DNA of 64,000 nucleotides from a virus. The stretch is from positions 27,350 to 91,349 of the IMG/VR virus record IMGVR_UViG_3300043827_000628. The stretch is one strand, 5' to 3'. Of this stretch, positions 27,547 to 37,857 are shown piece after piece. A model generated the notes under the pieces. That model had not been told where the DNA came from. It was given only the letters and a program-made list of their open reading frames with translations, and did not search any database. Numbering within the stretch: the stretch's first letter is position 1; each line of letters begins with the position of its first letter. Made by a program: the position numbers and the translations under genes.

Positions 27547-30500
27547 CTAACAATTTTTAGCGTACCACTTTGGACGTAAATTGCTCCTCTTGGTAAACCT
27601 ACCGAAGATGTAGGAATATTATTAACATCAAAATGGATTGGAGAAACTCCAGGATTTACCCCAGTTATATAAATACCACTAGCAAAATGCATAGTTAATG
27701 TATTTGTACCAAGATTTCTTTTTGTAGAAGTTGTGCTATCTCCAAGAACTAAACACCCACTCTGATTAATATTAATATTTCTACCAACTCCATAACTGTA
27801 AGAACCATTGATAATATTATCACTTCCACCAACTATTGCAGAATATGATCCAGATATGACATTAGATTTTCCTCCTAATATTGCTGAACTTAAACTTTCA
27901 TTAGGAGTAGATCTATCAGTATTTTGAATATAATTTCTTTCTCCACCTACGATAACTGCATTTTGAACACTACCAGTAATTATATTTAAATTACCAGCGA
28001 GAACACCGCAGAAAGCAGTCTTTGGGGCTTCAATTTCGCTAACGAAATCAGAGATAATATTTGAACGACCACCAGGAATAACATTATAATCTCCAAAAAT
28101 TATATTTTTAACGCCTCCTCCAATAACAGAAACAAGTCCTTTAATATAATTACCTGTTCCTCCACCAATTGTAGAACTTCCTACGTCATCAAATCCAAAT
28201 CCTGCAAGTCTTCCGTATGAACTTTCGCCTAAAAAGTTTCTTGTTAATACTAAATCTCTTGTTAAGTCTGTTATAATATAATCATAATTTAAATCTAATA
28301 ATTCTTGACCAGATATATTATCAGAAATTTTTATATTAAATCTGGAACGATTAGCAGAAGTAAAGATATTATAATATAAATTATTATTCGAAGTTGCACG
28401 ACCAAATACTTTGACTTCTGCAGATGCAGAATTTTCAGTACCAATTACAATTTCATTCGATAATGTATAATTCTCATAGCCTAATATCTTGCTAACAGCA
28501 GAATATTCTTGATATCCTGTGCCCTCTACAGCAAGATAATTAACTCTTACTCGTTCTCCACTATTTAAATTTTTTGATAATTTTATAGAGAATCCTGTTT
28601 TTGTTATATCTTGAATATTAACAATATAATAATTTGTTTCATTTATATTTTGTAAATTAAATAATACCTCTGGTTTTTTATTCAATGTTAAATTAAATGG
28701 AATGTCAAATGTATTTTCTACTCCTGATATAATTGTTGAAGAAGCATAATGATATCCAGAGTCAAATGGGTATCGACCAGATCTATAAATACCTATATTA
28801 AATCCAATATTTTCAAGGAGATTTGCGCCAAAATTAATATCAAAAGTGTTTGTACCATGATTTGACGTAGAATAAGGATAGAAATTTTCTCCTGTTATCA
28901 TCTCATCAATAATTGGAATATATTCAACGCTACTATATCCAGAAAGTAGATCTATAGTATAACTTGAATTTCCAAGAGATAATCCAGTACTATATACTTG
29001 TAGATTATCATTAATAATCGTACCAGTATAACTTACAGCATCCAAAAAGATATATTCATTCGAAGAATCAATATCATTATTTAATTTTATTTTTAAAATA
29101 TTTTTTCCTGTTTCACGTATCTTGGCTATATAAAGATCATTTGAATCTGGTTTGAAAACATTTTGGAAAACATGTGAAGCTCTTGCTATAGGAATATCAA
29201 AATGAACTCCAGTACCGAATATCATATTATTAAAAGGTTTAATACTACCGATTTCTAAAATTTTGCCGCTATTTTCGTTAACACCTGTAAAGTAGCCTTT
29301 GTTTCCTGCGAAGAAATGAACTATAACATTTTCATCTAGATTCTTAGAAAATACTATATTAAATCCAGATCTATCAATACCTGTAATGTAATTTTTATAA
29401 AAATCTTGAGATTGTATGGTATTTAATACAATTAGATCGTCTGTATCAACAAAAGGTGTATTAAAATTAATTTTCACATCTTTATTTCCAGCATTAATTC
29501 CAGTTTTAAATACTTTAAATTGACAAACCTTATCATCTTCTTGGAAAGACCCAGAATAAAGATTTTCAGATAAAATGCTTACCCAAGACAATAGATTAAT
29601 TGTTAAATCTTCTGTATCAAGAATATTAGCAAATTCAACATCATAGCTTGTAGATGTAATATTACCATATTTAATATCATAGAAATCTTCTTCACCAGTT
29701 TTTTCTATGTTATGTAATACAGCTAATTGATTGGTATAAAGAAATAATGGATATTTAATATTTAGAATTTGTTGACCTGTTACTGGCACAGAAAAGATTT
29801 GATTTCCAATTCCAGCAAGACCAGTTGATAAAGCATCTACAACATTTGCTCTACCTCCACCAATATTACAAAACGATCCGATAATTTTATTATTCTTTCC
29901 GCCAACAATATTAGAGTCTTCAGAATTAAATACGTCAAGACCAGTAATTAAATTGTCTTGTCCTGCTACGATTGAAGATCTTTTGGTTCCTGTAGCAAAA
30001 TTACTTGTGCCGAATATAAATACGTTATCAGAACCAGTTTCAATAACGTTATTTAGTCCGAGAGCTACAGAATGGTTAGATCTAACAACATTGTTCGCAT
30101 TTGTAATATCTCTAGAAGTTGTAAGAATACCAGAAAGTGGTCCAACAATATCTAAACCAAGACCATTAAATTTAATATAATTTTCTGAATTTCCAACTCT
30201 AAATTTTGGTTTATAAGGATTATCAGTATTGTCATAACCTAAAAAGAATCCACTTCCAAGATTTGAATCTATATCATTTACGCTTTTTATAATACCACTA
30301 GGAATTCCAAGTCTTCCTACATTAACTAACGATGTGATATTAGACTGTTCTGCAAGTAAAATTTGAGTAGCTGTAGCGCTGAACTCATTTGAAAAAGCAA
30401 TCCAATTTATATTTGAAGGACCAGGAATTGAATTAATATTTGTAATTGCTGCATACCAGTAATTTGCTCCATTAGGATATTTTACAACATCTCTACGCAC

Positions 30501-32969
30501 ATTATCTGCTACATATCCAATAGATGGGTCCCACTCTCCACGATAAACAATTCCAGGTCCAGCTAATGATCTTCCAGAAGATCCAAAATTAGCTTGCAAT
30601 ATCATTCCCTCGTTAGGCTTCTCTCCATCAAGAGCTCTTATTTTAATATAATAATTTCCACCGCTAGTTGGTACACCATAAATTTGATTAGATGAATTTA
30701 AGCTAGGACTTATTCCTGGAGGAAATATTTCTTCTCCAACGCCAGATAAAGTTGTTGCAGAAATTTCAAAACTTGTTGCTCTTGAAGTTGTTTGAATTTG
30801 ATAAAAAAATGCTTGGTCCAATGGATTTGTAACAATACTTGGACTTGTAAATATATCTGAATTTGGTGGACGATATCCACTAATATTTGCTATTTTAATT
30901 TTACGATCTCTAGTTATAATTAAATTTTCATAACCAATACCTGTATCGTAATAAGTATTATATAAAAATAACTCTCCGCTCCCTGTAATATCTCCACCTA
31001 ATTTTGCCTCGATTACTGTATATCCAGTTGTATTATCTCCACCAGTAATCTGTATTACGTTTTTGCTTACTATTTCTAATGGGTAATAATTTATGTCTTT
31101 AAAGCCAAAAATATTTTTTGTGCCACTATAACCACTAAAATAAATCTGATTAACACTAGAAGCATTGATTCCAGAAATGGTAATATATCCTAAACTATTG
31201 TATAACGTATTAGAAGGGGTAACATCAAAGATTGTAGGAAAAATATCTATTGATTTTTCTGAAGATAAAAGGTATTCATCATTAAATTTATTTCTTTTGA
31301 TTTTAATTCTTGCTTGAGGATTTTTTACTTCTTTTGGAATTCTGATTCTTATACCAGTTGCAGTATTAGATTCTTTTATTCCACTAACTAAATATGAACC
31401 TGTAACTGTTGCTAATCCAGTTATTGAAAGAAAATAAATATCTGAATTTGAAAGATTACCATAATCGCCAGAGGTTGCAGTTGGAGAATAAATTTCTATT
31501 TGATCTAAATATTTTGCTCCTTGTACACCAGATAAATATCTTATATTAACATTAGCAGGATTAAGTTTAACCGATGCTATAAGTAAATTATTTGTATTTG
31601 ATGAAGATATTAATGTACCAGAGTTTGGAAAATCCTGAGAAAAAAGTCTAAGTTCTGTGGTTTTATAATTATCTGGAAGTGAAAAACTAGCACGAGTACC
31701 CGTATTGACTACAGAAATTTTATTTCTTAATAGATTTTGTTGCCCTATATTAATGTAGTTTGTTCTTTGAAGATATTTTCCAGAAATTGAGATAGAAGCT
31801 CCTGTACCTAGCAATATATCATTAGGGCTAAATCCACTAACAATAACAGATGGATATAAAACATTTAATACTGAAACGCTTTCTGCAGAGCCATATTTTC
31901 CAGAAATAAAAATTTTATTAGTCTCTGCATAATTAGGTAATAAGAAATTTATTCCTGTATTACCAACTTTATTAAATTGTATATCAAGATCATCTAAGTA
32001 AACTTTATCTATAAAACTTAAATTATCTCCAGAGATAGTAATGCTTGTTGAATCTACCGTTCCAGTTCTAGGAAAAAATTCGTCAAGATAAGGAATTCCA
32101 ATTACTTTAAATCCTGTAAATGTATTCTGAACAATATCTTTATATTTTAAATTTTCTACTACACCAGAAATCTCCCCTCTTATATTTAAAGGAACTTGGA
32201 ACTCTATAAATTCTATTTGTTCAGTTGTTAAATATTTTTCATACTCTAAACTAACCTTGGCATCTCTACCATTGGCTCCTACCAACTCAATAGGCATAGA
32301 TAAATCTGGAATAGTAAATATACCTGAATTTAATATATTAAAACTAGCTAAAGATCCACTGATTCCTGTTGTAGTTACTTCTAAACTAGCCGCTGTATTG
32401 GGTAAATAAGTTTTTAGCCCAGAAAAGTATATTATTTCTCCAACATTATAACCAGTCCCAAAATCTGTTAATTCTACAGAGGATAATTTATATAATCCAC
32501 TATCTTGATAAGTAGGTGATACTTCTACACCTTCATTATCAAATAATTTTAGATTAGGAGAAGGATAAAAATTTGTTCCGCTAACTCGAATATATTGAAA
32601 AGGAAAACCAGAAATAAAGTCAATTCCAGAAACTCTTGGTCTATCAACAATATGTAAATCAACAAAATTAGAAGATTTACCATAACTATTAAATAAATAT
32701 AAATTATATTTCGATGGACTAACACCAGTAGGGATAGTAAACTCTATAGCATCTTCATAAATTGTATTATTAATTCCAGAAATATTTTGTTTGTCTTGAC
32801 CGTAAACATTAAAAAATAGGTCAGAATTGAAAATACTTTGACCAGAAATTTGTAGAATGTTCTTCTTAAACGCTTCTCCAGAAATAATAATTTTTTCACC
32901 AGTAATACCAAATAAATTATTTGATGATATTATTGGCTCGGCTTGTCTTAATTCAAAAAATGTACTCAT
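27543..32969 (-). CDS. Large tail fibre / adhesin
   Basis: IPT/TIG-like repeats (I.ISG.NL), Ig-like (GVPTSGGNY), CBM-like (YRGEWD), H-lectin-like repeats, S.I.GG..N.I beta-roll repeats. Confidence 0.75.
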   Translation of the reverse strand: MSTFFELRQAEPIISSNNLFGITGEKIIISGEAFKKNILQISGQSIFNSDLFFNVYGQDKQNISGINNTIYEDAIEFTIPTGVSPSKYNLYLFNSYGKSSNFVDLHIVDRPRVSGIDFISGFPFQYIRVSGTNFYPSPNLKLFDNEGVEVSPTYQDSGLYKLSSVELTDFGTGYNVGEIIYFSGLKTYLPNTAASLEVTTTGISGSLASFNILNSGIFTIPDLSMPIELVGANGRDAKVSLEYEKYLTTEQIEFIEFQVPLNIRGEISGVVENLKYKDIVQNTFTGFKVIGIPYLDEFFPRTGTVDSTSITISGDNLSFIDKVYLDDLDIQFNKVGNTGINFLLPNYAETNKIFISGKYGSAESVSVLNVLYPSVIVSGFSPNDILLGTGASISISGKYLQRTNYINIGQQNLLRNKISVVNTGTRASFSLPDNYKTTELRLFSQDFPNSGTLISSSNTNNLLIASVKLNPANVNIRYLSGVQGAKYLDQIEIYSPTATSGDYGNLSNSDIYFLSITGLATVTGSYLVSGIKESNTATGIRIRIPKEVKNPQARIKIKRNKFNDEYLLSSEKSIDIFPTIFDVTPSNTLYNSLGYITISGINASSVNQIYFSGYSGTKNIFGFKDINYYPLEIVSKNVIQITGGDNTTGYTVIEAKLGGDITGSGELFLYNTYYDTGIGYENLIITRDRKIKIANISGYRPPNSDIFTSPSIVTNPLDQAFFYQIQTTSRATSFEISATTLSGVGEEIFPPGISPSLNSSNQIYGVPTSGGNYYIKIRALDGEKPNEGMILQANFGSSGRSLAGPGIVYRGEWDPSIGYVADNVRRDVVKYPNGANYWYAAITNINSIPGPSNINWIAFSNEFSATATQILLAEQSNITSLVNVGRLGIPSGIIKSVNDIDSNLGSGFFLGYDNTDNPYKPKFRVGNSENYIKFNGLGLDIVGPLSGILTTSRDITNANNVVRSNHSVALGLNNVIETGSDNVFIFGTSNFATGTKRSSIVAGQDNLITGLDVFNSEDSNIVGGKNNKIIGSFCNIGGGRANVVDALSTGLAGIGNQIFSVPVTGQQILNIKYPLFLYTNQLAVLHNIEKTGEEDFYDIKYGNITSTSYDVEFANILDTEDLTINLLSWVSILSENLYSGSFQEDDKVCQFKVFKTGINAGNKDVKINFNTPFVDTDDLIVLNTIQSQDFYKNYITGIDRSGFNIVFSKNLDENVIVHFFAGNKGYFTGVNENSGKILEIGSIKPFNNMIFGTGVHFDIPIARASHVFQNVFKPDSNDLYIAKIRETGKNILKIKLNNDIDSSNEYIFLDAVSYTGTIINDNLQVYSTGLSLGNSSYTIDLLSGYSSVEYIPIIDEMITGENFYPYSTSNHGTNTFDINFGANLLENIGFNIGIYRSGRYPFDSGYHYASSTIISGVENTFDIPFNLTLNKKPEVLFNLQNINETNYYIVNIQDITKTGFSIKLSKNLNSGERVRVNYLAVEGTGYQEYSAVSKILGYENYTLSNEIVIGTENSASAEVKVFGRATSNNNLYYNIFTSANRSRFNIKISDNISGQELLDLNYDYIITDLTRDLVLTRNFLGESSYGRLAGFGFDDVGSSTIGGGTGNYIKGLVSVIGGGVKNIIFGDYNVIPGGRSNIISDFVSEIEAPKTAFCGVLAGNLNIITGSVQNAVIVGGERNYIQNTDRSTPNESLSSAILGGKSNVISGSYSAIVGGSDNIINGSYSYGVGRNININQSGCLVLGDSTTSTKRNLGTNTLTMHFASGIYITGVNPGVSPIHFDVNNIPTSSVGLPRGAIYVQSGTLKIVS

Positions 32970-34627
32970 TCAAATAAACTCCCATCTTCAGAGATCATTT
33001 GAATTGCATATCTTCCTGATGGAAAATTTTCAAATGGTATAAGACCGCTTAATGTATCATGGCTCATGAGAAGGAAATCTGTTGAAAAACTATTGTTATT
33101 CTGTTGATATATGTTATCGGCATATCTAAATTTTACAGATACATAGTTGTAATCTCCAGTTCCATCATTTAAAATTACTTTTTTGAAACTTTTGCCAGAA
33201 ATTATTATGTTTGTTCCTCTTGTTCCAAAAGGAGGGAAAACCCCTGTTGGTAAAGGACTTTCAAAAAATTTATCATTAGTTTCTACATTGATATCTATAG
33301 GTCCTAAAAATCCTATTTTTCCATTTATATAAGACTCTGTATATGGAACTTTTAATCTAGAAGCATTTTTATTTAAAATTTCGTATTCTGCAATAGGAAT
33401 TCTTTCAACAAATGTTTCAGCATTTCCGCTATAAAGATATATTTTTTTATAAAATCCAGATTTTCCAACGTAGCTAAATGTATTATAATCAATTTGATTA
33501 TTGATAATCGTACAATAATTTAATTTTAAATTATAATTTCCTGTAGCAAATGGTATGTTTAAATTAAATCTATCTTTACTTAAATTTGATACATTAGTTT
33601 TATATGCATTACCTTGTCCAGAATACTCTACGCTTGTTATAAGAAATGGAGGATAATTTTTATTTGTAGATAAATTGATACCGGTTATATAAATTCCAGT
33701 TCCTATGTTAATACCTGTACTATTGTAAATTCCATTATCAAAATTAATTCCTGTATTTTGTAATACTAAAAAATTTACATATCCAGTTTCATTAATATTT
33801 TTATCAAAATTAATATAAAAATTGTTTACGTTTTTGCCAGATATATATGAATCATAATTTAGTCCAGTCATTTCTTGAGTATAAAAAACGGAATAATTTG
33901 TATCAGGTAAACTTATGGGTAAATTAACTAAATACGATTGAAAACCTGTAGGTATAGTATAAGAAAAGGTTTGAAATCCAGTTACTCTTAAAGATGGAAA
34001 AGTGAATATATGATTTTCATAATATTTAGAATTTATCAGAGAAATTTGCACATTGATATTTTTACCGCTTGCATTATCATAATCAAATATTTTTTTAACA
34101 CCATAGAAGCCAGTAGAATTATTTAAATTAATATTTTGAGCGTAAATAAATGTTGAATTTTTTAATTCACTTGCGTTAGTAATATTAAATTGACCATTAG
34201 AACCCGTAAATATATATTCTATATCATCAAAAATAGGCTGTGCATATAAATATGCCCCAGTTGCTGTATTTATAGCTTTGCCTATTATGTTAATCCATTC
34301 TCCAGAAGCAGAATTATTTGGAGTAAAATTTTCAATAAAAGGTATTGGATAAAAAGTTATAGGATTACCAGTTACTGTAAATTCCGTAGAACTAGCTACG
34401 ATATTTCCAGATTCTGGATCGTTAGGAATAACTATATTTAAGGTATTAATATCAATTAAATTAAAATTACAATTCATTCCTGCTAAAGTAATAGAATCAA
34501 TATAATCTAAATCATTTCCAAAAATTTGTATATTTTCATTTATATTACCAGTCGGACTTGAAACTCCGTTGATAAAAGGATTAGGAGGTATAAACTGAAA
34601 TATTCCTGTAGAAGTTACTAGTCCCAT
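32966..34627 (-). CDS. Tail fibre / baseplate protein with IPT-like and lectin-like repeats
   Basis: P.I..F.P..G..I.I.G repeats; coupled to the fibre gene. Confidence 0.65.
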   Translation of the reverse strand: MGLVTSTGIFQFIPPNPFINGVSSPTGNINENIQIFGNDLDYIDSITLAGMNCNFNLIDINTLNIVIPNDPESGNIVASSTEFTVTGNPITFYPIPFIENFTPNNSASGEWINIIGKAINTATGAYLYAQPIFDDIEYIFTGSNGQFNITNASELKNSTFIYAQNINLNNSTGFYGVKKIFDYDNASGKNINVQISLINSKYYENHIFTFPSLRVTGFQTFSYTIPTGFQSYLVNLPISLPDTNYSVFYTQEMTGLNYDSYISGKNVNNFYINFDKNINETGYVNFLVLQNTGINFDNGIYNSTGINIGTGIYITGINLSTNKNYPPFLITSVEYSGQGNAYKTNVSNLSKDRFNLNIPFATGNYNLKLNYCTIINNQIDYNTFSYVGKSGFYKKIYLYSGNAETFVERIPIAEYEILNKNASRLKVPYTESYINGKIGFLGPIDINVETNDKFFESPLPTGVFPPFGTRGTNIIISGKSFKKVILNDGTGDYNYVSVKFRYADNIYQQNNNSFSTDFLLMSHDTLSGLIPFENFPSGRYAIQMISEDGSLFE

Positions 34628-34628
34628 A

Positions 34629-35597
34629 TTATGCTAATGTTAATAGTTTAATCTTATTTTCTAGTTTTTTTAATCTAGGTATTTTTACTTTTAATCCAGT
34701 CGTACCTATAATTTGAAAATTTGTTGCTTCTGCATCTTCAAAAAAGATTCCAGCAACACCTTGAAAATTTTCTCCTTTGATAAAAACTTCGTCATTATAT
34801 CTACCGGATATAGGAAAAAAATCTTCAATTACTGCTTCTTCTAATTGATTAAATTGACGTATTGTTATTTCAGTAGTTAAATTTTCTTCTACTCTTGCGC
34901 CAAAACTTTTCTTTATTAGAAATCCAGTGCAACTATAAGTTTCTGTTATGGTTGGAGAACTTAATGGTTTTAAACCAAAAGCAATAGCTACTCTTTCTCC
35001 AGACACTTTTACAAGTGGATTTAAATTATCGCAATTTATAGTTGCAATTGTCTCTCTTATACCAAACACTCCACGTTCTTCTTGAATTTTATCTATATGA
35101 ACTTCTGGACGAATATCTGTGCTATAAATAATATTTGCATTTAAGTAAGATCCTGTTATATATTCATTATTAAAGTTGAAAATACTAATATTATTTAAAT
35201 GAACAAAATTTCTTGCATCATTATTTGTGTCATAAACTGGAACAAAATTTCCAGTTGGAGATCTAAAAAATATTATATCTGCAGCGCATAAAACAGGATT
35301 GTGAGGATTAAATCTTACATTTAAATTTCTTAAATAACCAGTTTGCTTGATACCTCCAAAATCAAACATTAAGCCGTTATCTTCATGAATGTATTTTTTA
35401 AGAGGATCTTGCCCACTATAATAGTAACTAAAACTAAGATTTCCTTGAATTAAGTTATCTGGGCTAATTGTATCTGCGTGTCTTTGATCAACTTCGATAT
35501 AAGGAGTTACTTGAGCTTCATAAGATAATTGAGCTTCTGTAGCCGTTATAGGCACATCATTTATTTTGATTAAAAGATTTTTTGCAGAATAGAACAT
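34629..35597 (-). CDS. Tail-tube-like protein with C-terminal IPT domain
   Basis: LSFSYY, GYLRNL.V.F.P pattern shared with the tube; FFPISG..V.IKGENF. Confidence 0.55.
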   Translation of the reverse strand: MFYSAKNLLIKINDVPITATEAQLSYEAQVTPYIEVDQRHADTISPDNLIQGNLSFSYYYSGQDPLKKYIHEDNGLMFDFGGIKQTGYLRNLNVRFNPHNPVLCAADIIFFRSPTGNFVPVYDTNNDARNFVHLNNISIFNFNNEYITGSYLNANIIYSTDIRPEVHIDKIQEERGVFGIRETIATINCDNLNPLVKVSGERVAIAFGLKPLSSPTITETYSCTGFLIKKSFGARVEENLTTEITIRQFNQLEEAVIEDFFPISGRYNDEVFIKGENFQGVAGIFFEDAEATNFQIIGTTGLKVKIPRLKKLENKIKLLTLA

Positions 35598-35598
35598 T

Positions 35599-36387
35599 TT
35601 AGTAGTGCTGAGTTATAGTCTTAGTTGTCCTTACGATATCATCAAGATTTGATTCAATCGTAGAATTGTTAATATAAGCGTCTGGCATTTCAATGCTAAA
35701 TGTGTTTGAGTCTAAAATACCAGAGATATTTATACGTAATGGTATGTTTTCACCAGTATAAACTAGTTTTGTAAATAAATTTTCTGTCATATTTACTGTT
35801 TCTTGTGCTCGTATTGGTTTTACTTCTATTGGATCTTCATTTCCTAAAGTATAAATAGGATTTAAATTAACAGCAAATGTGTAAGTTAGATTATATGTAT
35901 CTCCATTTAAAGCTTTACCTGAGATAACAGCGCTTTTAGAACTATGAGCTATACTATCAGCTGAAGCAGTATTAGGGTTTGTTTTTGTATTTAGATTACC
36001 ACTTATTTTATTATAAGTAACATAAGTCGTTTGAGCAACGATAACATTATTAGGTTCAACTTTTAAATTATAATTATTTAAATAACAATTATATCCTGTA
36101 ATCCCAGCTAAAGCTATAGTTACTCCATTATAAGAAGAGGGAGCAGAAATTAAATTTTTTATTTCTTTGACTATATTAAACCCAGGGTCACCTGTTGGAT
36201 TTATAAGATAAGAGAATTGAAATGTACCATTTTTTGGTCCAGTTGTGACTTGTCTTTTAAAAGGTTTTCTTTTCCCTAAAGTGTAAACTGGGCCTAAAGT
36301 TATATCAGTATTTAGACTTGCTGTTGTAGCTAAAACTCCAGTATTGTTAATGCTAATTTCACATTGATCGTAATATATTCTTGACAT
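35599..36387 (-). CDS. Tail-tube-like protein
   Basis: PVYTLG, FQFSYL, CYLNNYNL, LNPIYTLG align by eye with the major tube. Confidence 0.55.
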   Translation of the reverse strand: MSRIYYDQCEISINNTGVLATTASLNTDITLGPVYTLGKRKPFKRQVTTGPKNGTFQFSYLINPTGDPGFNIVKEIKNLISAPSSYNGVTIALAGITGYNCYLNNYNLKVEPNNVIVAQTTYVTYNKISGNLNTKTNPNTASADSIAHSSKSAVISGKALNGDTYNLTYTFAVNLNPIYTLGNEDPIEVKPIRAQETVNMTENLFTKLVYTGENIPLRINISGILDSNTFSIEMPDAYINNSTIESNLDDIVRTTKTITQHY

Positions 36388-36422
36388 AACCTTTTACCTT
36401 ATTCCTTTCATAAATTACACTA

Positions 36423-37229
36423 TCATCTTGATATAACACTTTCGTAAGTTAATTGAACCAAAGCGCTTCCATCGGTGTCAGCATTATAATCTTCTTTTAT
36501 AAGATTAGCGTCTTTGATATTAAAGCTATTAACTACAGTTGAAGTGTTGTGCTTGTTTAAATTGATATTAAAATCAAAAATATGCTCATTTTTTGGGTAA
36601 TCAAATAAATTCTTCATTTTATAATCATGTAAAGATATACCAAAGGTTGTGGTTATAATCAATGGATGTTGTAGTTTAACATCTACTGGTTTAACTTTAC
36701 TTACGTCATATATAGGGAGTCTATTTGATTTAATATTAATGCTAATATTATTAATTTTTTCTGAATCTAGTTCGTTAAAATTCACTTCTATATCACCAGG
36801 ATTTACAATATTTAGATCATATTCCTTCATAACAAATGGAGTATTTGAAGCTATGCCGCTACCAAACTCATTGTAAATATTCCATTTTGTGGCTATAGTA
36901 GGGATTGTGCCAATTGCACATGAAAATGTATATTCTGCTAAATACCCACTATTCATTACAAATATATTATTATCATATTGTATTTTAATATTTGCCCCAA
37001 GATCACCAGTATATTTTATAAAAGGATCCGTATTAATAAATAAAGTATCTAAATTTAAAGCCCCAATATATAATCCTATAGGAGCAGTTGTTAAGGATGT
37101 GGTATTTGACCCTAAATATTTGACATTTTGAATAGGAGCATCGTAACTAGCCACTATAGATTGAGCCCCTGTTATAGGGTTATCATCTATAAAAATATGA
37201 TTAAATTCTCTGGTGTATCTAGATAACAT
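36423..37229 (-). CDS. Tail-tube-like protein (start revised to 37229)
   Basis: GYLAEYTFSCAIGTIPTI versus tube GFLTSYSTEGSIGNFPTV; RLPIYDV..P versus REPLQKL..FP. Confidence 0.65.
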   Translation of the reverse strand: MLSRYTREFNHIFIDDNPITGAQSIVASYDAPIQNVKYLGSNTTSLTTAPIGLYIGALNLDTLFINTDPFIKYTGDLGANIKIQYDNNIFVMNSGYLAEYTFSCAIGTIPTIATKWNIYNEFGSGIASNTPFVMKEYDLNIVNPGDIEVNFNELDSEKINNISINIKSNRLPIYDVSKVKPVDVKLQHPLIITTTFGISLHDYKMKNLFDYPKNEHIFDFNINLNKHNTSTVVNSFNIKDANLIKEDYNADTDGSALVQLTYESVISR

Positions 37230-37250
37230 TCCTTTTACCTTTATCATAAA

Positions 37251-37270
37251 TTACACCCCATTAGGTGTAA
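37251..37270. promoter_or_regulatory. Back-to-back divergent GTGTAA promoters
   Basis: TTACAC-cccattag-GTGTAA between the two divergent tail operons. Confidence 0.7.
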
Positions 37271-37293
37271 ATATATAAAAGGAATAAGGTTAT

Positions 37294-37848
37294 ATGGCGT
37301 CTATAAATGATAATATAGAGAATTGGAATAACTTATCTATAGGGTATTCTTTTAGAAAAAATGATATAGTTAAATACCATGGTTTTTTTTGGTATTGTTT
37401 AAAAGACCATGTTAAAGTTGGTCCTAGTACAGATGAACCCGATACATCTCCTGGTGCAGAATATTGGGGTGGAATTACTCAATTGCAAAATGGAGTAAAA
37501 ATACCAATTTTCATATGGGTAGCTTCATATACATCTACAGTTCAACATAAACCATCTACAACTTCAATAAGATTTGGAAATGGTTACGAACAAAGGATAT
37601 CTAAAACAATTAATCCGGATTTGAAAGCTTTTCAATTGACTTTTGATCAAAGAACAGAACATGAGGCGAGAGCAATTATACATTTCTTAAAAGATAAAAC
37701 TGGATCAAAATCATTCGCTTATAATCCTCCTGGCATCTATTCTGAAACAACTTATAGAACAAAATTTGTATGTAGAGAATGGGAAACAAATTTCACTTTT
37801 AAAGAAAATTATTCAATTAGAGCAAAACTAGAAGAGGTTTCTGGATAA
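37294..37848 (+). CDS. Minor tail protein, lambda gpM-like, with N-terminal CBM-like module
   Basis: IRFGNGYEQR...INPD, I..FL...G.KSF.Y.PP, FVCREW. Confidence 0.88.
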   Translation: MASINDNIENWNNLSIGYSFRKNDIVKYHGFFWYCLKDHVKVGPSTDEPDTSPGAEYWGGITQLQNGVKIPIFIWVASYTSTVQHKPSTTSIRFGNGYEQRISKTINPDLKAFQLTFDQRTEHEARAIIHFLKDKTGSKSFAYNPPGIYSETTYRTKFVCREWETNFTFKENYSIRAKLEEVSG

Positions 37849-37857
37849 TAATATATT

